Of a stretch of 64,000 nucleotides of DNA, positions 20,535 to 30,195 are shown one piece after another. A program made the translations under genes and the position numbers. The stretch is from a bacterium. GTDB lineage: Bacteria > UBA8248. The DNA is taken from the NCBI GenBank assembly GCA_965221165.1, contig CBDCRP010000003.1, positions 1,504,001-1,568,000 of the forward strand. The letters run 5' to 3'. The notes beneath the pieces are model-generated. The model saw nothing but the letters and a program-made list of their open reading frames with translations, did not search any database and was not told the DNA's origin. The stretch's first letter is position 1. Every line of letters starts with the position of its first letter.

Positions 20535-21314
20535 ATGAGCCAATCTCTATTCGACCTGAGCGGGGCGAAGGCGCTCGTCACGGGCGCTGCGCGCGGCATC
20601 GGACGCACGCTGGCCGAGGGCTTCGCCGCCGCGGGCGCGGACGTCGCCATCGTGGACATCGACCTGGAACCCGCCCAGGAGGCGAAAGAAGCCATCGAGG
20701 GCATGGGCCGCAAATGCGCGCTCATCCAGACCGACGTGACCGACATGGAATCAGCCGAGCGCATGGTGATCGAAGCCGCCGCAGCACTTGGCGGCCTCAC
20801 CATTCTGGTGAACAACGCAGGCACGAACGTGCGGAAAACTCTTTGGGATATCACCGAGGCGGATTGGGACAGGATCCTCGACCTGAACTTGAAGAGCATC
20901 TTCTTCATCACGCGGCGCGCAGGCGAGGAGATGAAAAAAGCAGGCGGCGGCAAGGTGATCAACATATCCTCGCTGATGGGCTGGTCCGTATTCAGGAACC
21001 CCCGCAAGCAGTGCTACGGGCCCTATACGTCTTCCAAGAGCGGCCTCATCGGCCTGACGCGTGTTTTCGCTCGCGAGTATGCGACGGACAACATTCAGGT
21101 GAACGCCATCTGCCCCACCTTCATCGAAACGGAGCTGACGGCCTCCTTGCAGGAAGACGAACTCATCTACGACGCCATCTGCGACAGAACGCCCATGGGC
21201 CGCTTCGGGCAGATGAGCGAACTCGTGGGGCCGGCCATCTTCCTGGCTTCGAAGGCGAGCAGCCTCGTCACCGGCACATCGCTCCTGGTGGACGGCGGAT
21301 GGTATGCCACCTGA
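20535..21314 (+). CDS. SDR family oxidoreductase (gluconate 5-dehydrogenase-like)
   Basis: LFDLSG..ALVTGAARGIG, NNAG, YTSSK, TPMGR, VDGGW; AGGAG RBS. Confidence 0.9.
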   Translation: MSQSLFDLSGAKALVTGAARGIGRTLAEGFAAAGADVAIVDIDLEPAQEAKEAIEGMGRKCALIQTDVTDMESAERMVIEAAAALGGLTILVNNAGTNVRKTLWDITEADWDRILDLNLKSIFFITRRAGEEMKKAGGGKVINISSLMGWSVFRNPRKQCYGPYTSSKSGLIGLTRVFAREYATDNIQVNAICPTFIETELTASLQEDELIYDAICDRTPMGRFGQMSELVGPAIFLASKASSLVTGTSLLVDGGWYAT

Positions 21315-22566
21315 AGAGGGAAAGCGCGTTCTCCTGCTCATGACGACGGCCACCTACCGCGCATCCGCCTACATGGCGGCGGCTCAGGAGATGGGCCTGC
21401 GCTTGACGGTGGGAACCGACAGGCCCGATTTGCTCGCCGAACTGAACCCCGGAGGCTCCATCACGCTCGATTACAACGAACCCGAAGCGGGCGCGGCTCT
21501 CATCCGGGCGTTCGCAAAAGAATTTCCGGTCGACGCTATCGCCCCGGTGGATGACGACACTTTGATTCTCGGCGCGATGGCCGCCGAATCGCTGGGGCTG
21601 CCCTATCACCCCGTGGAGGCCGCCCGCACGACGAGGAGCAAGTACGAACTCAGAAAAGTCCTGTCCGAAGAAGGCCTGCCATCGCCCGCCTTTCGCCTGG
21701 TCTCGGCACAGGAGGAGCCTGATAAAATCGCCCAAAACCTGCGCTATCCTTGCGTGCTAAAGCCCACTTTTCTGGCCGCAAGCCGGGGCGTGATTCGCGC
21801 GAACGACCCGGCGGAATTCGCCCGGGCCTACCGCCGCATCGGCGCGATATTAGAGGACCCAGAGACCATCGCCAGAGGCGGCCCGGAGGCGCGGATGATT
21901 CTCGTGGAGGATTATCTCGACGGCGTCGAGGTCGCCGTGGAGGGCCTCGTCGTGCGGGGGGAAGTCCACATTCTCGCCATCTTTGATAAGCCCGACCCCC
22001 TCGAAGGTCCTTTTTTCGAGGAAACCATCTACGTCACGCCCTCTCGGCTGCCCGATGAAAACCAAGAGAAAATCCGCGAAGAAACCATTCGCGCAGCCCG
22101 GGCGATTCGCCTGCGCGAGGGTCCGCTCCACGCGGAACTGAGAATCAACGAGGGAGGCGAAATCCGGGTGATCGACGTGGCGAGCCGCTCCATCGGCGGG
22201 AAATGCTCGGGCGCGCTCGAATTCGGCGGCGGCGCATCGCTCGAACACCTCATCCTCTCGCAAGCCCTGGGCGTGGCACCGCCATCGGTGGAGCGGGAGA
22301 AAAAGGCTTCTGGCGTCATGATGATTCCCATACCCGGAGCGGGCATCCTGCAAAAGGTCGAGGGACAGGAGGAGGCCTTGGCCGTGCCCGGCGTCGTGAG
22401 CCTGGACATATCCATCCACATCGGCGGGCGCGTCGTGCCGCTGCCCGAGGGGGAGAGATACCTGGGATTCATCTTCGCCAAAGGAGAGAAGCCCGAAGAG
22501 GTGGAAGCCGCCCTGCGCGCAGCGCACGCGAAACTCAGATTTGATATCTACCCGGCAGGAGGATAG
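21304..22566 (+). CDS. ATP-grasp domain ligase
   Basis: YPCVLKP..LAASRGVIR, VEDYLDG.E, IFDKPDP, HAELR; overlaps the SDR stop. Confidence 0.85.
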   Translation: MPPEEGKRVLLLMTTATYRASAYMAAAQEMGLRLTVGTDRPDLLAELNPGGSITLDYNEPEAGAALIRAFAKEFPVDAIAPVDDDTLILGAMAAESLGLPYHPVEAARTTRSKYELRKVLSEEGLPSPAFRLVSAQEEPDKIAQNLRYPCVLKPTFLAASRGVIRANDPAEFARAYRRIGAILEDPETIARGGPEARMILVEDYLDGVEVAVEGLVVRGEVHILAIFDKPDPLEGPFFEETIYVTPSRLPDENQEKIREETIRAARAIRLREGPLHAELRINEGGEIRVIDVASRSIGGKCSGALEFGGGASLEHLILSQALGVAPPSVEREKKASGVMMIPIPGAGILQKVEGQEEALAVPGVVSLDISIHIGGRVVPLPEGERYLGFIFAKGEKPEEVEAALRAAHAKLRFDIYPAGG

Positions 22567-22627
22567 ATCTAGAACATAACAAACAAATCCATTTGAAATG
22601 TAATGACCAATTCAAAGAATTAATGAA

Positions 22628-23419
22628 CTAAGAACGCGGTTTACTATCCCAAATGATCCCCTCGACCCAATGGCGAGGGATATCTGCTTTGGCATCTACG
22701 AACCAGCCAGATTTTCCCTTAGGCACTGCTTGGCAAGGTCCTCCTAGTAAACCAGCAGCCGGTAAAGCAGCTACGATTGCTTGAAGGTCGTCATGGGTTC
22801 CCTGCCAATCTTCAAGATTTGGCAAGTCGTAGCACTTCTGCAATGCGGTGACATATGATGATATTTTTTGATGATTTCCTGCGAACTTCGTTTTTGCAGG
22901 AAGGGGCTTTAATCCACTTGTTTTCCAAATGGACGTAGGAAAACATTCAAGCAACCAACAATATTGGTCATCCAGTAGTTCTAAAATTTTGGAATCAGGA
23001 TTATTGGCTAGTTGGAAGTCACTTCTATCTATCAGCGTTTCAAAAACTTCCAACGAAAATTGTATCCAGTTGCGATAAGTTCCAGGATATGTTTTGCCAT
23101 ACTTGCCCGTTTTACCTGGACATGCAGCAAGATATTCACACCACCTACCGACTCCTCCTCGTATCTCGGGTTTCGGTTCTCGCCATCCCTGCGGCCCGTC
23201 GAGACTAACGGCGTCTAGCATATTTTCCGCAACGTAAGAATGAATTACTTCGGCCATCGCTGCAGACGTAAGATCACAATCTGGCCATTCAATACATCCA
23301 TATTGGGCAGACAACCACTTAGGTTGGGGGGAGATTTGAAACTCAAGGATTGCTGAGCCACTATCCGACCAACTTTTCGATGCCAAATCAACACCGAGAA
23401 CTCTAAGACTAGGCCCCAC
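22628..23419 (-). CDS. DUF429-like (RNase H-fold) hypothetical protein, AT-rich insert
   Basis: LGVDLA, LDGPQGW, ECFPT and HDDLQA pattern; visibly AT-richer than its flanks. Confidence 0.6.
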   Translation of the reverse strand: MGPSLRVLGVDLASKSWSDSGSAILEFQISPQPKWLSAQYGCIEWPDCDLTSAAMAEVIHSYVAENMLDAVSLDGPQGWREPKPEIRGGVGRWCEYLAACPGKTGKYGKTYPGTYRNWIQFSLEVFETLIDRSDFQLANNPDSKILELLDDQYCWLLECFPTSIWKTSGLKPLPAKTKFAGNHQKISSYVTALQKCYDLPNLEDWQGTHDDLQAIVAALPAAGLLGGPCQAVPKGKSGWFVDAKADIPRHWVEGIIWDSKPRS

Positions 23420-23471
23420 TGCTACTATCTTCTCAATGCGACTAAAGAATCTTCCAAAACAGGATTGTTTC

Positions 23472-24020
23472 TTACTTTTTCGTCGGCGCGTAGTAGGGGT
23501 TCGAGCCCGATGCGTGGTCTGTGGTGTCGACCACCTGAATCTCGGGGTCGAGCTGTTGCAGGCGCGCCTCGACGCCTGATTTGAGCGTCACGTCCGCCAT
23601 GCCGCAACCCGCGCAGCCTCCGCCCATCTGCACGAACACGCGCTTTTCTTCCACGTCCAGCAGGTTGATGACGCCGCCGTGGGACGCGACGGCCGGGTTG
23701 ATCTCCGTGTCGATGATCTCCTGAATCTGCTCGAGGAGGGACACATCTCCCTCCGCCATCTCGCGCGTCACCTTGAAGCCGCTCGTGGGGCCTTCGGTCA
23801 CGAACTCGATTTGGGCCTTCTCCGCCCTGGCGACGTGCTCGGCCGAGGCGAAGACGCCCAGCAGGGGATTCTCTACCCGGATGTATTCGGCCACATCCTC
23901 ATCCTTCACCAGGTCGAGCTTGTAGCCGCCCTCGAAACTGAGCAGGATTCCGGCGAAGCCACCGCCGTTTTGCTCCATGATTTCCTTGACCTTATCGGCT
24001 GCCGCCTCGGTTATCTTCAT
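23472..24020 (-). CDS. nfuA: NfuA-type Fe-S biogenesis protein
   Basis: Degenerate A-type N-domain (ITEAAA) + INPAVASHGG...GGGCAGC...DTTDH.SG.NPYY. Confidence 0.88.
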   Translation of the reverse strand: MKITEAAADKVKEIMEQNGGGFAGILLSFEGGYKLDLVKDEDVAEYIRVENPLLGVFASAEHVARAEKAQIEFVTEGPTSGFKVTREMAEGDVSLLEQIQEIIDTEINPAVASHGGVINLLDVEEKRVFVQMGGGCAGCGMADVTLKSGVEARLQQLDPEIQVVDTTDHASGSNPYYAPTKK

Positions 24021-24170
24021 GGCATCACTCCCGAATGATTTGTCTCGTATATGAGCGCCCGGGCATCAACTCCCCAAGCCCGTCAAGCATACCACGACGC
24101 GCGCAAAAGGCAAAAGGTGCAAAACGCATGGACCCCTATTTTCTCCACCCCTCGAAGACGCGATGAATCG

Positions 24171-25028
24171 CTAGAGCGGGGTACGCTCCTTGATGTCCTC
24201 TTCGGTTACGTCTCCCGTGTAGACGTAGCCCGTCTCCTCCACGCTCCCGCTACCGATATAGATGCCCACCGCCTCGATGGGTTCGGTATCGCTCAGATTG
24301 TGGAGCCAGTGCTCCACCCCCTTCGGGATGTAGTGGAAGTGCCCGCCGCGCACCTCGACGCGATCAGGCCCCGCGCCCGCCAGCCCGTGGCCGCTGATGA
24401 TGTAGTAGATTTCCTCGCAATTATCGTGCCTGTGCTTCTTGTGCACGGCTCCGGGGAAAAAGCGCGCGCGAAACAGCGTCGTATCGCTCCCGTTGCGCCT
24501 GCCCAGAGGAAGCCTGAAATCGGTGATCGACCACCCCTCCCCCTCGTTCATGTTCTCTTGCGGCACGTCGTCCAGATGCACCAGGATTCCCTCGGTCAGC
24601 CCCTCGCGCGGCATGTCGAGGTCCTCTTTAGTCACGTCGCCGCGAAATTGATAGCCCGTGCCCGCAACGCTCGGCGCGCCGAGATAAAACCCGACCACCA
24701 TCGCTTCCTCGTCTTTCGTCTCGTTGTAGAAGAAATGGGTCGAGCCTTTGGGCATCAAGCGGCAGTGGCCCTCGCGCACCTCGGCGCGTTCCTCGCCCTG
24801 GCCGACCACGCCGTTTCCCTTGAGGTAGACCGCTATTTCCTCACACTCGGTGTGTAAGTGTTTCGCGTGCGTGGAGCCGGGCCGGAATATGGAGTGAAAG
24901 ACCGTCGTCGAGCTTCCGTGCGCGCCGGTTATGGGCAGGCGAAACTCGGAAATCGCCCAGCCTTCTTTTTCCTCCATCCGCTCGGGGGCGATATCGTCTA
25001 TATGAACCAGGGGGTATTGAAGCGCCAT
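24171..25028 (-). CDS. Bicupin protein (two intact metal motifs)
   Basis: HAKHLHTECEE...STH and HKKHRHDNCEE...VEH. Confidence 0.85.
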   Translation of the reverse strand: MALQYPLVHIDDIAPERMEEKEGWAISEFRLPITGAHGSSTTVFHSIFRPGSTHAKHLHTECEEIAVYLKGNGVVGQGEERAEVREGHCRLMPKGSTHFFYNETKDEEAMVVGFYLGAPSVAGTGYQFRGDVTKEDLDMPREGLTEGILVHLDDVPQENMNEGEGWSITDFRLPLGRRNGSDTTLFRARFFPGAVHKKHRHDNCEEIYYIISGHGLAGAGPDRVEVRGGHFHYIPKGVEHWLHNLSDTEPIEAVGIYIGSGSVEETGYVYTGDVTEEDIKERTPL

Positions 25029-25116
25029 AGGTCTTGTTCCTCTAAGAATAAATGATCGTTCTATCGAATCGGGGCAGAGGCGACTCTTTATCGGTCGCCG
25101 CCTCTTTCATCACAGC

Positions 25117-25989
25117 CTATTCGATCGCGCCCGTTCGTTGTTTCAGGTCTTCTTCGGTCACCGGCCCCATATATTCGAAGCCGCTCTCATCGAGTCCGCC
25201 GACGCCGATGTACCAGCCGGGGGCGGAGAGATCCTCGGTGTCGCTGATGTTCGCGAGCCAGTGTTCCGTGGCCGCGGGGATGTAGTTGACGTCCCCGGCG
25301 AACACTTCCCCGCGATCATTCCCGATCCCGGCCAGGCCGCGGCCCTTGAGGATGTAGCATATCTCCTCGCAATTGTTGTGGCGGTGCTTCATGTGCACGG
25401 TGTGGGGGCCGAAGTAGCCCTGCATCCAGCATGAACCGGCTCCGACGCTGCGGTTCAAGGGCTCGTTGAAGTAATCCTGCGTCCAGCCCTCCTCGCGCGA
25501 CACCTTCACGTGGGGAACCGAGTCGTTGTGAACGAGGGGATATTGCAGGGCGGCGGCGCTCAGCGTGCGCGGAGCAGCGAGGTCGGCCTCGGTGATATCG
25601 CCGAGATAGACGTGCCCGATGTCCTTGAGATAAGGCACGCGGTCGTAGAACCCGATGATGACGAGGGGGTCGTGCCTGCCCAGGTTCACGAGCCAGTGCT
25701 CCACGCCCTTGGGGATCAGGTGGAAGTGGCCCGCGTGCACTTCGGCGCGATCCTCCCCCGCTCCCGCGAGGCCGTGGCCGCTCACGATGTAATACTGCAT
25801 CTGGCAGTTCTCGTAGCGGTGCTTGTGGTGGCGATCCCCGGGGGCCAGGGTGGCGTGGTACATGATGGAGGAGGAACCCTCCTTCCCGCTGACGACGACC
25901 CTGAAATCGGAGACGCTCCAGCCCTCTTTCTCGTCGAGCTTCTCGGGCGTTACGTTGGCGATGCGAATGTATGGGTGTTCAAGAGCCAT
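25117..25989 (-). CDS. Bicupin protein, paralog of the adjacent gene
   Basis: HHKHRYENCQM...VEH (degenerate) and HMKHRHNNCEE...TEH; AGGAGG RBS. Confidence 0.85.
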   Translation of the reverse strand: MALEHPYIRIANVTPEKLDEKEGWSVSDFRVVVSGKEGSSSIMYHATLAPGDRHHKHRYENCQMQYYIVSGHGLAGAGEDRAEVHAGHFHLIPKGVEHWLVNLGRHDPLVIIGFYDRVPYLKDIGHVYLGDITEADLAAPRTLSAAALQYPLVHNDSVPHVKVSREEGWTQDYFNEPLNRSVGAGSCWMQGYFGPHTVHMKHRHNNCEEICYILKGRGLAGIGNDRGEVFAGDVNYIPAATEHWLANISDTEDLSAPGWYIGVGGLDESGFEYMGPVTEEDLKQRTGAIE

Positions 25990-26109
25990 GACGACCTCCT
26001 CGGTTTCTACAGATAAGCCCGCGCGCGGCGGGAATCACCTCGTCGCCGCGCACACCGCGACCAGGCGCCTCGATCATCGACAGCGGAAACAAACCCGCGT
26101 CCGGACAAA

Positions 26110-27138
26110 TCAGTTCTCTATCTCGATCACCGCCCGTAGCGTGCCGCCGTCCCCACCCGCATCGATGAACTCGAAGCCTTTTTGAATGTCATCGAGCGCG
26201 AAGTGGTGCGTCACGAGGGGTTCCAGGTCGATTTGCCCGGTCGCCACCAGGCGGATGGCCCGCTCGAAATCCTCCGGCAGACCCGCGCGCGAGCCGATGA
26301 CGGTCAGATCCTTGAAATAGTAGGCCTGGCCCGGCACCCCGTCGACCCGGGTCGGTCCGATGCCGAATTGCAGGATGACGCCGCCCGGGCGCACCATCTC
26401 ATAAGCCTGCACCATGGTCTGGGCGGCTCCGGCCGTCTCGATCACCACGTCGGCCCCAAGGCCGTCGGTAAGCTCGCGCACGGCTTCGACGGGGTCCACC
26501 TCGCCCGCCGGCACGATTTCATCCGCACCCATTTCCTTGGCCACTTCGAGCTTCCACTTGCTTCTCGTCACTGCGATGACGGATTCCGCGCCCGAGGCTT
26601 TCGCCAACTGCGTATGGAGCAGGCCGCTGCTCCCCTGCCCCAGAACGGCTACCCTAGAGCCGGGAATATAGGACGCCTTCCTCTGGCTGTAGACGACCGT
26701 GTAGAGACCCACGAAGTTCGTCGCCGCCGCGAAACTCACATGCCCGGGGAAGGCGAAGGCTTCCGTTTCGCGCACCGAGATATACTCGGCGAAAGTGCCG
26801 GGCACCTCGCGGCCACGCAAGCCGCCGTTTAAGCAGATGTTCGTCAGCCCGCGCACACAGTAAAAGCACGAACCGCAACTGGAGAGCGGATTCAGCACCA
26901 CCCTGTCGCCAACTTTCAAGCGGGTGACGCTCTCGCCTACCTGCTCCACCGTGCCCGTACACTCGTGGCCGGGAATCAGGGGGATGCGCGCGGGCATCTT
27001 CCCCGCCCAGATGGATACGTCGGTGCCGCAGATGGCCGAAGTCGCCACGCGCACCAGCACGTGGTCTGCGGGAAGGCCGGGGTCGGGCTGATCGCCCACG
27101 CTCATAGCCCTTATTTTTTCAAGCAAAGCCGCTTTCAT
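26110..27138 (-). CDS. Zn-dependent alcohol dehydrogenase (MDR)
   Basis: ICGTD, GHE..G.V, C..C..C.......C, GQGSSG; start at MKAALLEK. Confidence 0.92.
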   Translation of the reverse strand: MKAALLEKIRAMSVGDQPDPGLPADHVLVRVATSAICGTDVSIWAGKMPARIPLIPGHECTGTVEQVGESVTRLKVGDRVVLNPLSSCGSCFYCVRGLTNICLNGGLRGREVPGTFAEYISVRETEAFAFPGHVSFAAATNFVGLYTVVYSQRKASYIPGSRVAVLGQGSSGLLHTQLAKASGAESVIAVTRSKWKLEVAKEMGADEIVPAGEVDPVEAVRELTDGLGADVVIETAGAAQTMVQAYEMVRPGGVILQFGIGPTRVDGVPGQAYYFKDLTVIGSRAGLPEDFERAIRLVATGQIDLEPLVTHHFALDDIQKGFEFIDAGGDGGTLRAVIEIEN

Positions 27139-27269
27139 GAAATTCTCCGTCCGAACATGAGATACGTTTTTGGAAAATAGGAATCGCTTACGCCCAAGAA
27201 TACGGCATTGAGCCGATATGGAAAAGCGGGTTATGGGACTAATACCAAAAGCCCGAAATTCCCGTAGGA

Positions 27270-27998
27270 TTATCCCTCCTCGCGCTCTTCGTTTCTCACG
27301 ACTTTTGATAACGCTGAAGCGACAATACCTGCCGGTATGGCTACGACGCCAAGGCCGCATATCAAAATGACGAAAGTGAACAGCTTGCCTCCCACCGTCA
27401 CGGGATAGGCGTCGCCGTAGCCTACAGTCGTGAGCGTAATCAAGGCCCACCAGAGACTATGGACGATTGAGCCGAAACTCTCCGGTTGGCATTCGTGTTC
27501 GAAATAGTAGATGCCGACCGCCGAAAGGTAGAGAAGTATTATCGTGGCGAACAGGAAGATCATTATTTCTTCTTTGGCGAGCGACATGGCCTTCCCGAAC
27601 CGCGCCATAGCTCTGTTGTAGCGTGCGAGTTTGAAGAGACGGAAAATGCGGAACAATCGAAAAGCGCGGGCCGCGCGAAGATCGAACCCGGCAAACAGAC
27701 CGAATCCAACCGTAAGGTAAAACGGGAGAATGGCGACCAAGTCGATTATTCCGTGAAAGCTGAAGATGTAACCCCTCAACTTCGGCGCGGTCGCTATGCG
27801 AAGAACGTACTCGATGGTGAACAGAACGACCGTAATCCTCTCGAAAATATGGAACGCTCGTTTCTCAGCAGGGGACCAGCCGGGGAGCGTTTCGATGGTC
27901 AGCGCGATGATCGAGGAGATGATCAGGAAAAACACGACGGAATCGAACGCGCGGCCCGCCTTCGTATCGGAGCCTTGCACAATGTCTCTTATGCTCAT
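27270..27998 (-). CDS. Voltage-gated potassium channel (6TM)
   Basis: S4 RAARAFRLFRIFRLFK; filter TTVGYGD. Confidence 0.93.
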   Translation of the reverse strand: MSIRDIVQGSDTKAGRAFDSVVFFLIISSIIALTIETLPGWSPAEKRAFHIFERITVVLFTIEYVLRIATAPKLRGYIFSFHGIIDLVAILPFYLTVGFGLFAGFDLRAARAFRLFRIFRLFKLARYNRAMARFGKAMSLAKEEIMIFLFATIILLYLSAVGIYYFEHECQPESFGSIVHSLWWALITLTTVGYGDAYPVTVGGKLFTFVILICGLGVVAIPAGIVASALSKVVRNEEREEG

Positions 27999-28077
27999 TG
28001 GTTGGGTCCTCTTTTAAAAGCTCGTGATATTTGAAGTAGTGCACCGCCGGGCGACGGCGTAAAGGATATTCGCGTAT

Positions 28078-29241
28078 TCAGCGCGCCTCGAAGAAGCGGC
28101 GCACGGCGTGGTTTGCTGCGAAGCGGCCGTCTATGGCGTCGCGCAGCCAGTCGGCCACCATGAGGTAGAAATCGGGCAGGCGTCCGCCCATCGTGTGGGT
28201 TTCGTTCTCATAGACCCAAAGCTCCTTGGGGCCGCCCAGAAGATCGAAGAGCCGCTCGGCGTCCTCCAGCGGACAAAGCTCGTCGAACTCGCCCATCGCA
28301 AGGAGCGTGGGGCACCTGATGTCGCCCGCGATGTGCTCCAGCGTCATCTCCTCGGCCATGGCGTCGAAGGCGTCCTCGTCATAGGTGTCGGACATGTACT
28401 TGTAGTTCGCGCGATACGCGGGCTTCCCGCTCTTGAAGATGGAGTCTTTTTGAAGGTAGACGCCCATCGCGCCCACGCACGCTTTTAAGCGCGCATCGTG
28501 CGCCGCCACGCGCGGCCCCCAGTAGCTGCCCATGCTCCAGCCGTAAAGGCCGATTTTATCTGAGTCCACCTCGGAGCGAGATTCCAAGAAATCGATGGCC
28601 GCAGAGCCCGCACGCTCGAAATTATCGAGCGTCACCCAGGTCTCGCGCGTGTTGCTCTCCCCCTGGCCGGGGCCGTCGATGCTGAGCGTGGCGAGGCCGC
28701 GCCGCCTGAAATGGTTGTGGTAGGGATTGGGGAGAAATTCCTTGATGGTGTCCATCCCCGGCACGATGATGACGCAAGGCGCATTTTCGACCCCCGGCAC
28801 GGTTTGCAGGATTCCAGGAATGGTCTTTCCGTTCTCGAAGGGAATCTCCACGCGCTCGACGGGCGCTTCATCGAACAACTCGATGAACTTCTCGTAGCAG
28901 GCGATCATCCTGGCATAAAGTTCGAGCTTCCGGGGGGTGTTCTTGTGGATGACGCCACAAGCGGGGCCGTAATACAGCGCGGCCCTGTGGTAGAACTCGG
29001 CCGCCGATTCCCGGTGGCCTGCGGCCTCGGCTTCTCTTGCGAGCGCTTCCTCCTGAGCGGCGGTGCGCGCCCATTCCTTGGGCACGGAGCCGGGCGTCTT
29101 GATGCGCTCGGTGGTTCTCCTCACGTCGGCGGGCCTAAAGCCCCACTCCACGTACATCACCGAGCGGAAGGCGTAGACGTCGTGAACCTTGTAGAATTCC
29201 TCCGTCACCCACTGCTGGCCGCGGCGGCTCCCCTCGTCCAT
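28078..29241 (-). CDS. Alpha/beta hydrolase (2,6-dihydroxypseudooxynicotine hydrolase/FrsA-like)
   Basis: PGMD..KE, DGPGQGE, GWSMG nucleophile elbow, GEFD, C-terminal H. Confidence 0.82.
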   Translation of the reverse strand: MDEGSRRGQQWVTEEFYKVHDVYAFRSVMYVEWGFRPADVRRTTERIKTPGSVPKEWARTAAQEEALAREAEAAGHRESAAEFYHRAALYYGPACGVIHKNTPRKLELYARMIACYEKFIELFDEAPVERVEIPFENGKTIPGILQTVPGVENAPCVIIVPGMDTIKEFLPNPYHNHFRRRGLATLSIDGPGQGESNTRETWVTLDNFERAGSAAIDFLESRSEVDSDKIGLYGWSMGSYWGPRVAAHDARLKACVGAMGVYLQKDSIFKSGKPAYRANYKYMSDTYDEDAFDAMAEEMTLEHIAGDIRCPTLLAMGEFDELCPLEDAERLFDLLGGPKELWVYENETHTMGGRLPDFYLMVADWLRDAIDGRFAANHAVRRFFEAR

Positions 29242-29248
29242 AAAAGAC

Positions 29249-29971
29249 CTAAGCGCGGCGGGCAGGAGCCAGATGCTCGCGCATCAACGCGCCGCCTTTT
29301 GATGCTTCTCCCTCAAAACCCGCCGCACGGAGCGTATGCCACATAGCCGTGGTGTTGCTCGTGAGCACGGGCTTTCCGAGCGCGGCTTCCAGCTTGTCGA
29401 CCGATTCGAGCGACCTGAAATTCGTACAGCTGATGAATATGCCGTCCGCCTCCGCGCAATCCACCTCGCGCGCCAGGGCTTCGGAGTTCTCGGGCGGCAG
29501 GAAGGCGGGGCACTCGACGTTCTGGCCCTTCTCGGCCACCACCTCGATTCCCTTTTCCTTGAGGAAAGTGGTGAGCCTCTCGTTCAGCCATTTTGGATAG
29601 GGCGAGGCGAGCGCCACCTTGGCGACGCCCATCTCGCGCATGGCCTCGGTGAGGGCGGTGGAGGTCGTCGTGGCGGGGATGCCGGTGCGCTCCCTAATCA
29701 CCTCGATGATGTCCTCATCCATGCCCGGACGCACGAAGCTGCCGCCCGTACAGCCGAAGCAGATGGCGTCGAGACTCGCGTGGCCGAGCAGATCGGCGAT
29801 TTCGGGCACCACCTCTATCATGTGCAGGAGGGTTTCCTCCTCATCATCCGTGTGGGCGATGCGGGTGAAGTGGACAGATACGCCCTCGGGCGCCATGCGC
29901 TGGCATTCGTACTCCATCACCGTGTTCCAGGATGGGACGATGATGCCGAGCTTTTTCTTCCAATCCGTCAT
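29249..29971 (-). CDS. Maleate cis-trans isomerase / Asp-Glu racemase superfamily
   Basis: GIIVPS.NTVME, FGCTGGS, ASPY, ISCTNF, TSN. Confidence 0.85.
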   Translation of the reverse strand: MTDWKKKLGIIVPSWNTVMEYECQRMAPEGVSVHFTRIAHTDDEEETLLHMIEVVPEIADLLGHASLDAICFGCTGGSFVRPGMDEDIIEVIRERTGIPATTTSTALTEAMREMGVAKVALASPYPKWLNERLTTFLKEKGIEVVAEKGQNVECPAFLPPENSEALAREVDCAEADGIFISCTNFRSLESVDKLEAALGKPVLTSNTTAMWHTLRAAGFEGEASKGGALMREHLAPARRA

Positions 29972-30050
29972 GGGATGTCCTCCGTGTGGGGAGCCTGAAT
30001 CCGTGTGATTGAGCAATGATAAAGAAGGCGGGGGTCCAAGTCCATCGCGC

Positions 30051-30086
30051 AAAAAAGAAAAGGACGGCCCTCGTGAGCCGCCCTTT
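30051..30086 (-). terminator. Rho-independent terminator-like hairpin (REP-related stem)
   Basis: Minus strand: GGGCGGC-tcacgagg-GCCGTCC followed by TTTTCTTTTTT. Confidence 0.55.
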
Positions 30087-30195
30087 CCAGCCAGTTTTCA
30101 ACCCGTGAGCCGGGGCGGAGAATCAAGGCGCAAGGTATCCGGTCGGCGAATCCCGCCGCCTCGTTCATCCGCCCTACACGGGAACGGGATGAAAA

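Noticed and set aside
23495-23512. tRNA T-loop-like GGTTCGAGCCC
   Set aside because: It lies inside nfuA and has no cloverleaf context.
26110-27450. 446-aa extended ADH ORF
   Set aside because: The extension overlaps the K+ channel gene; family homology starts at ATG 27138.
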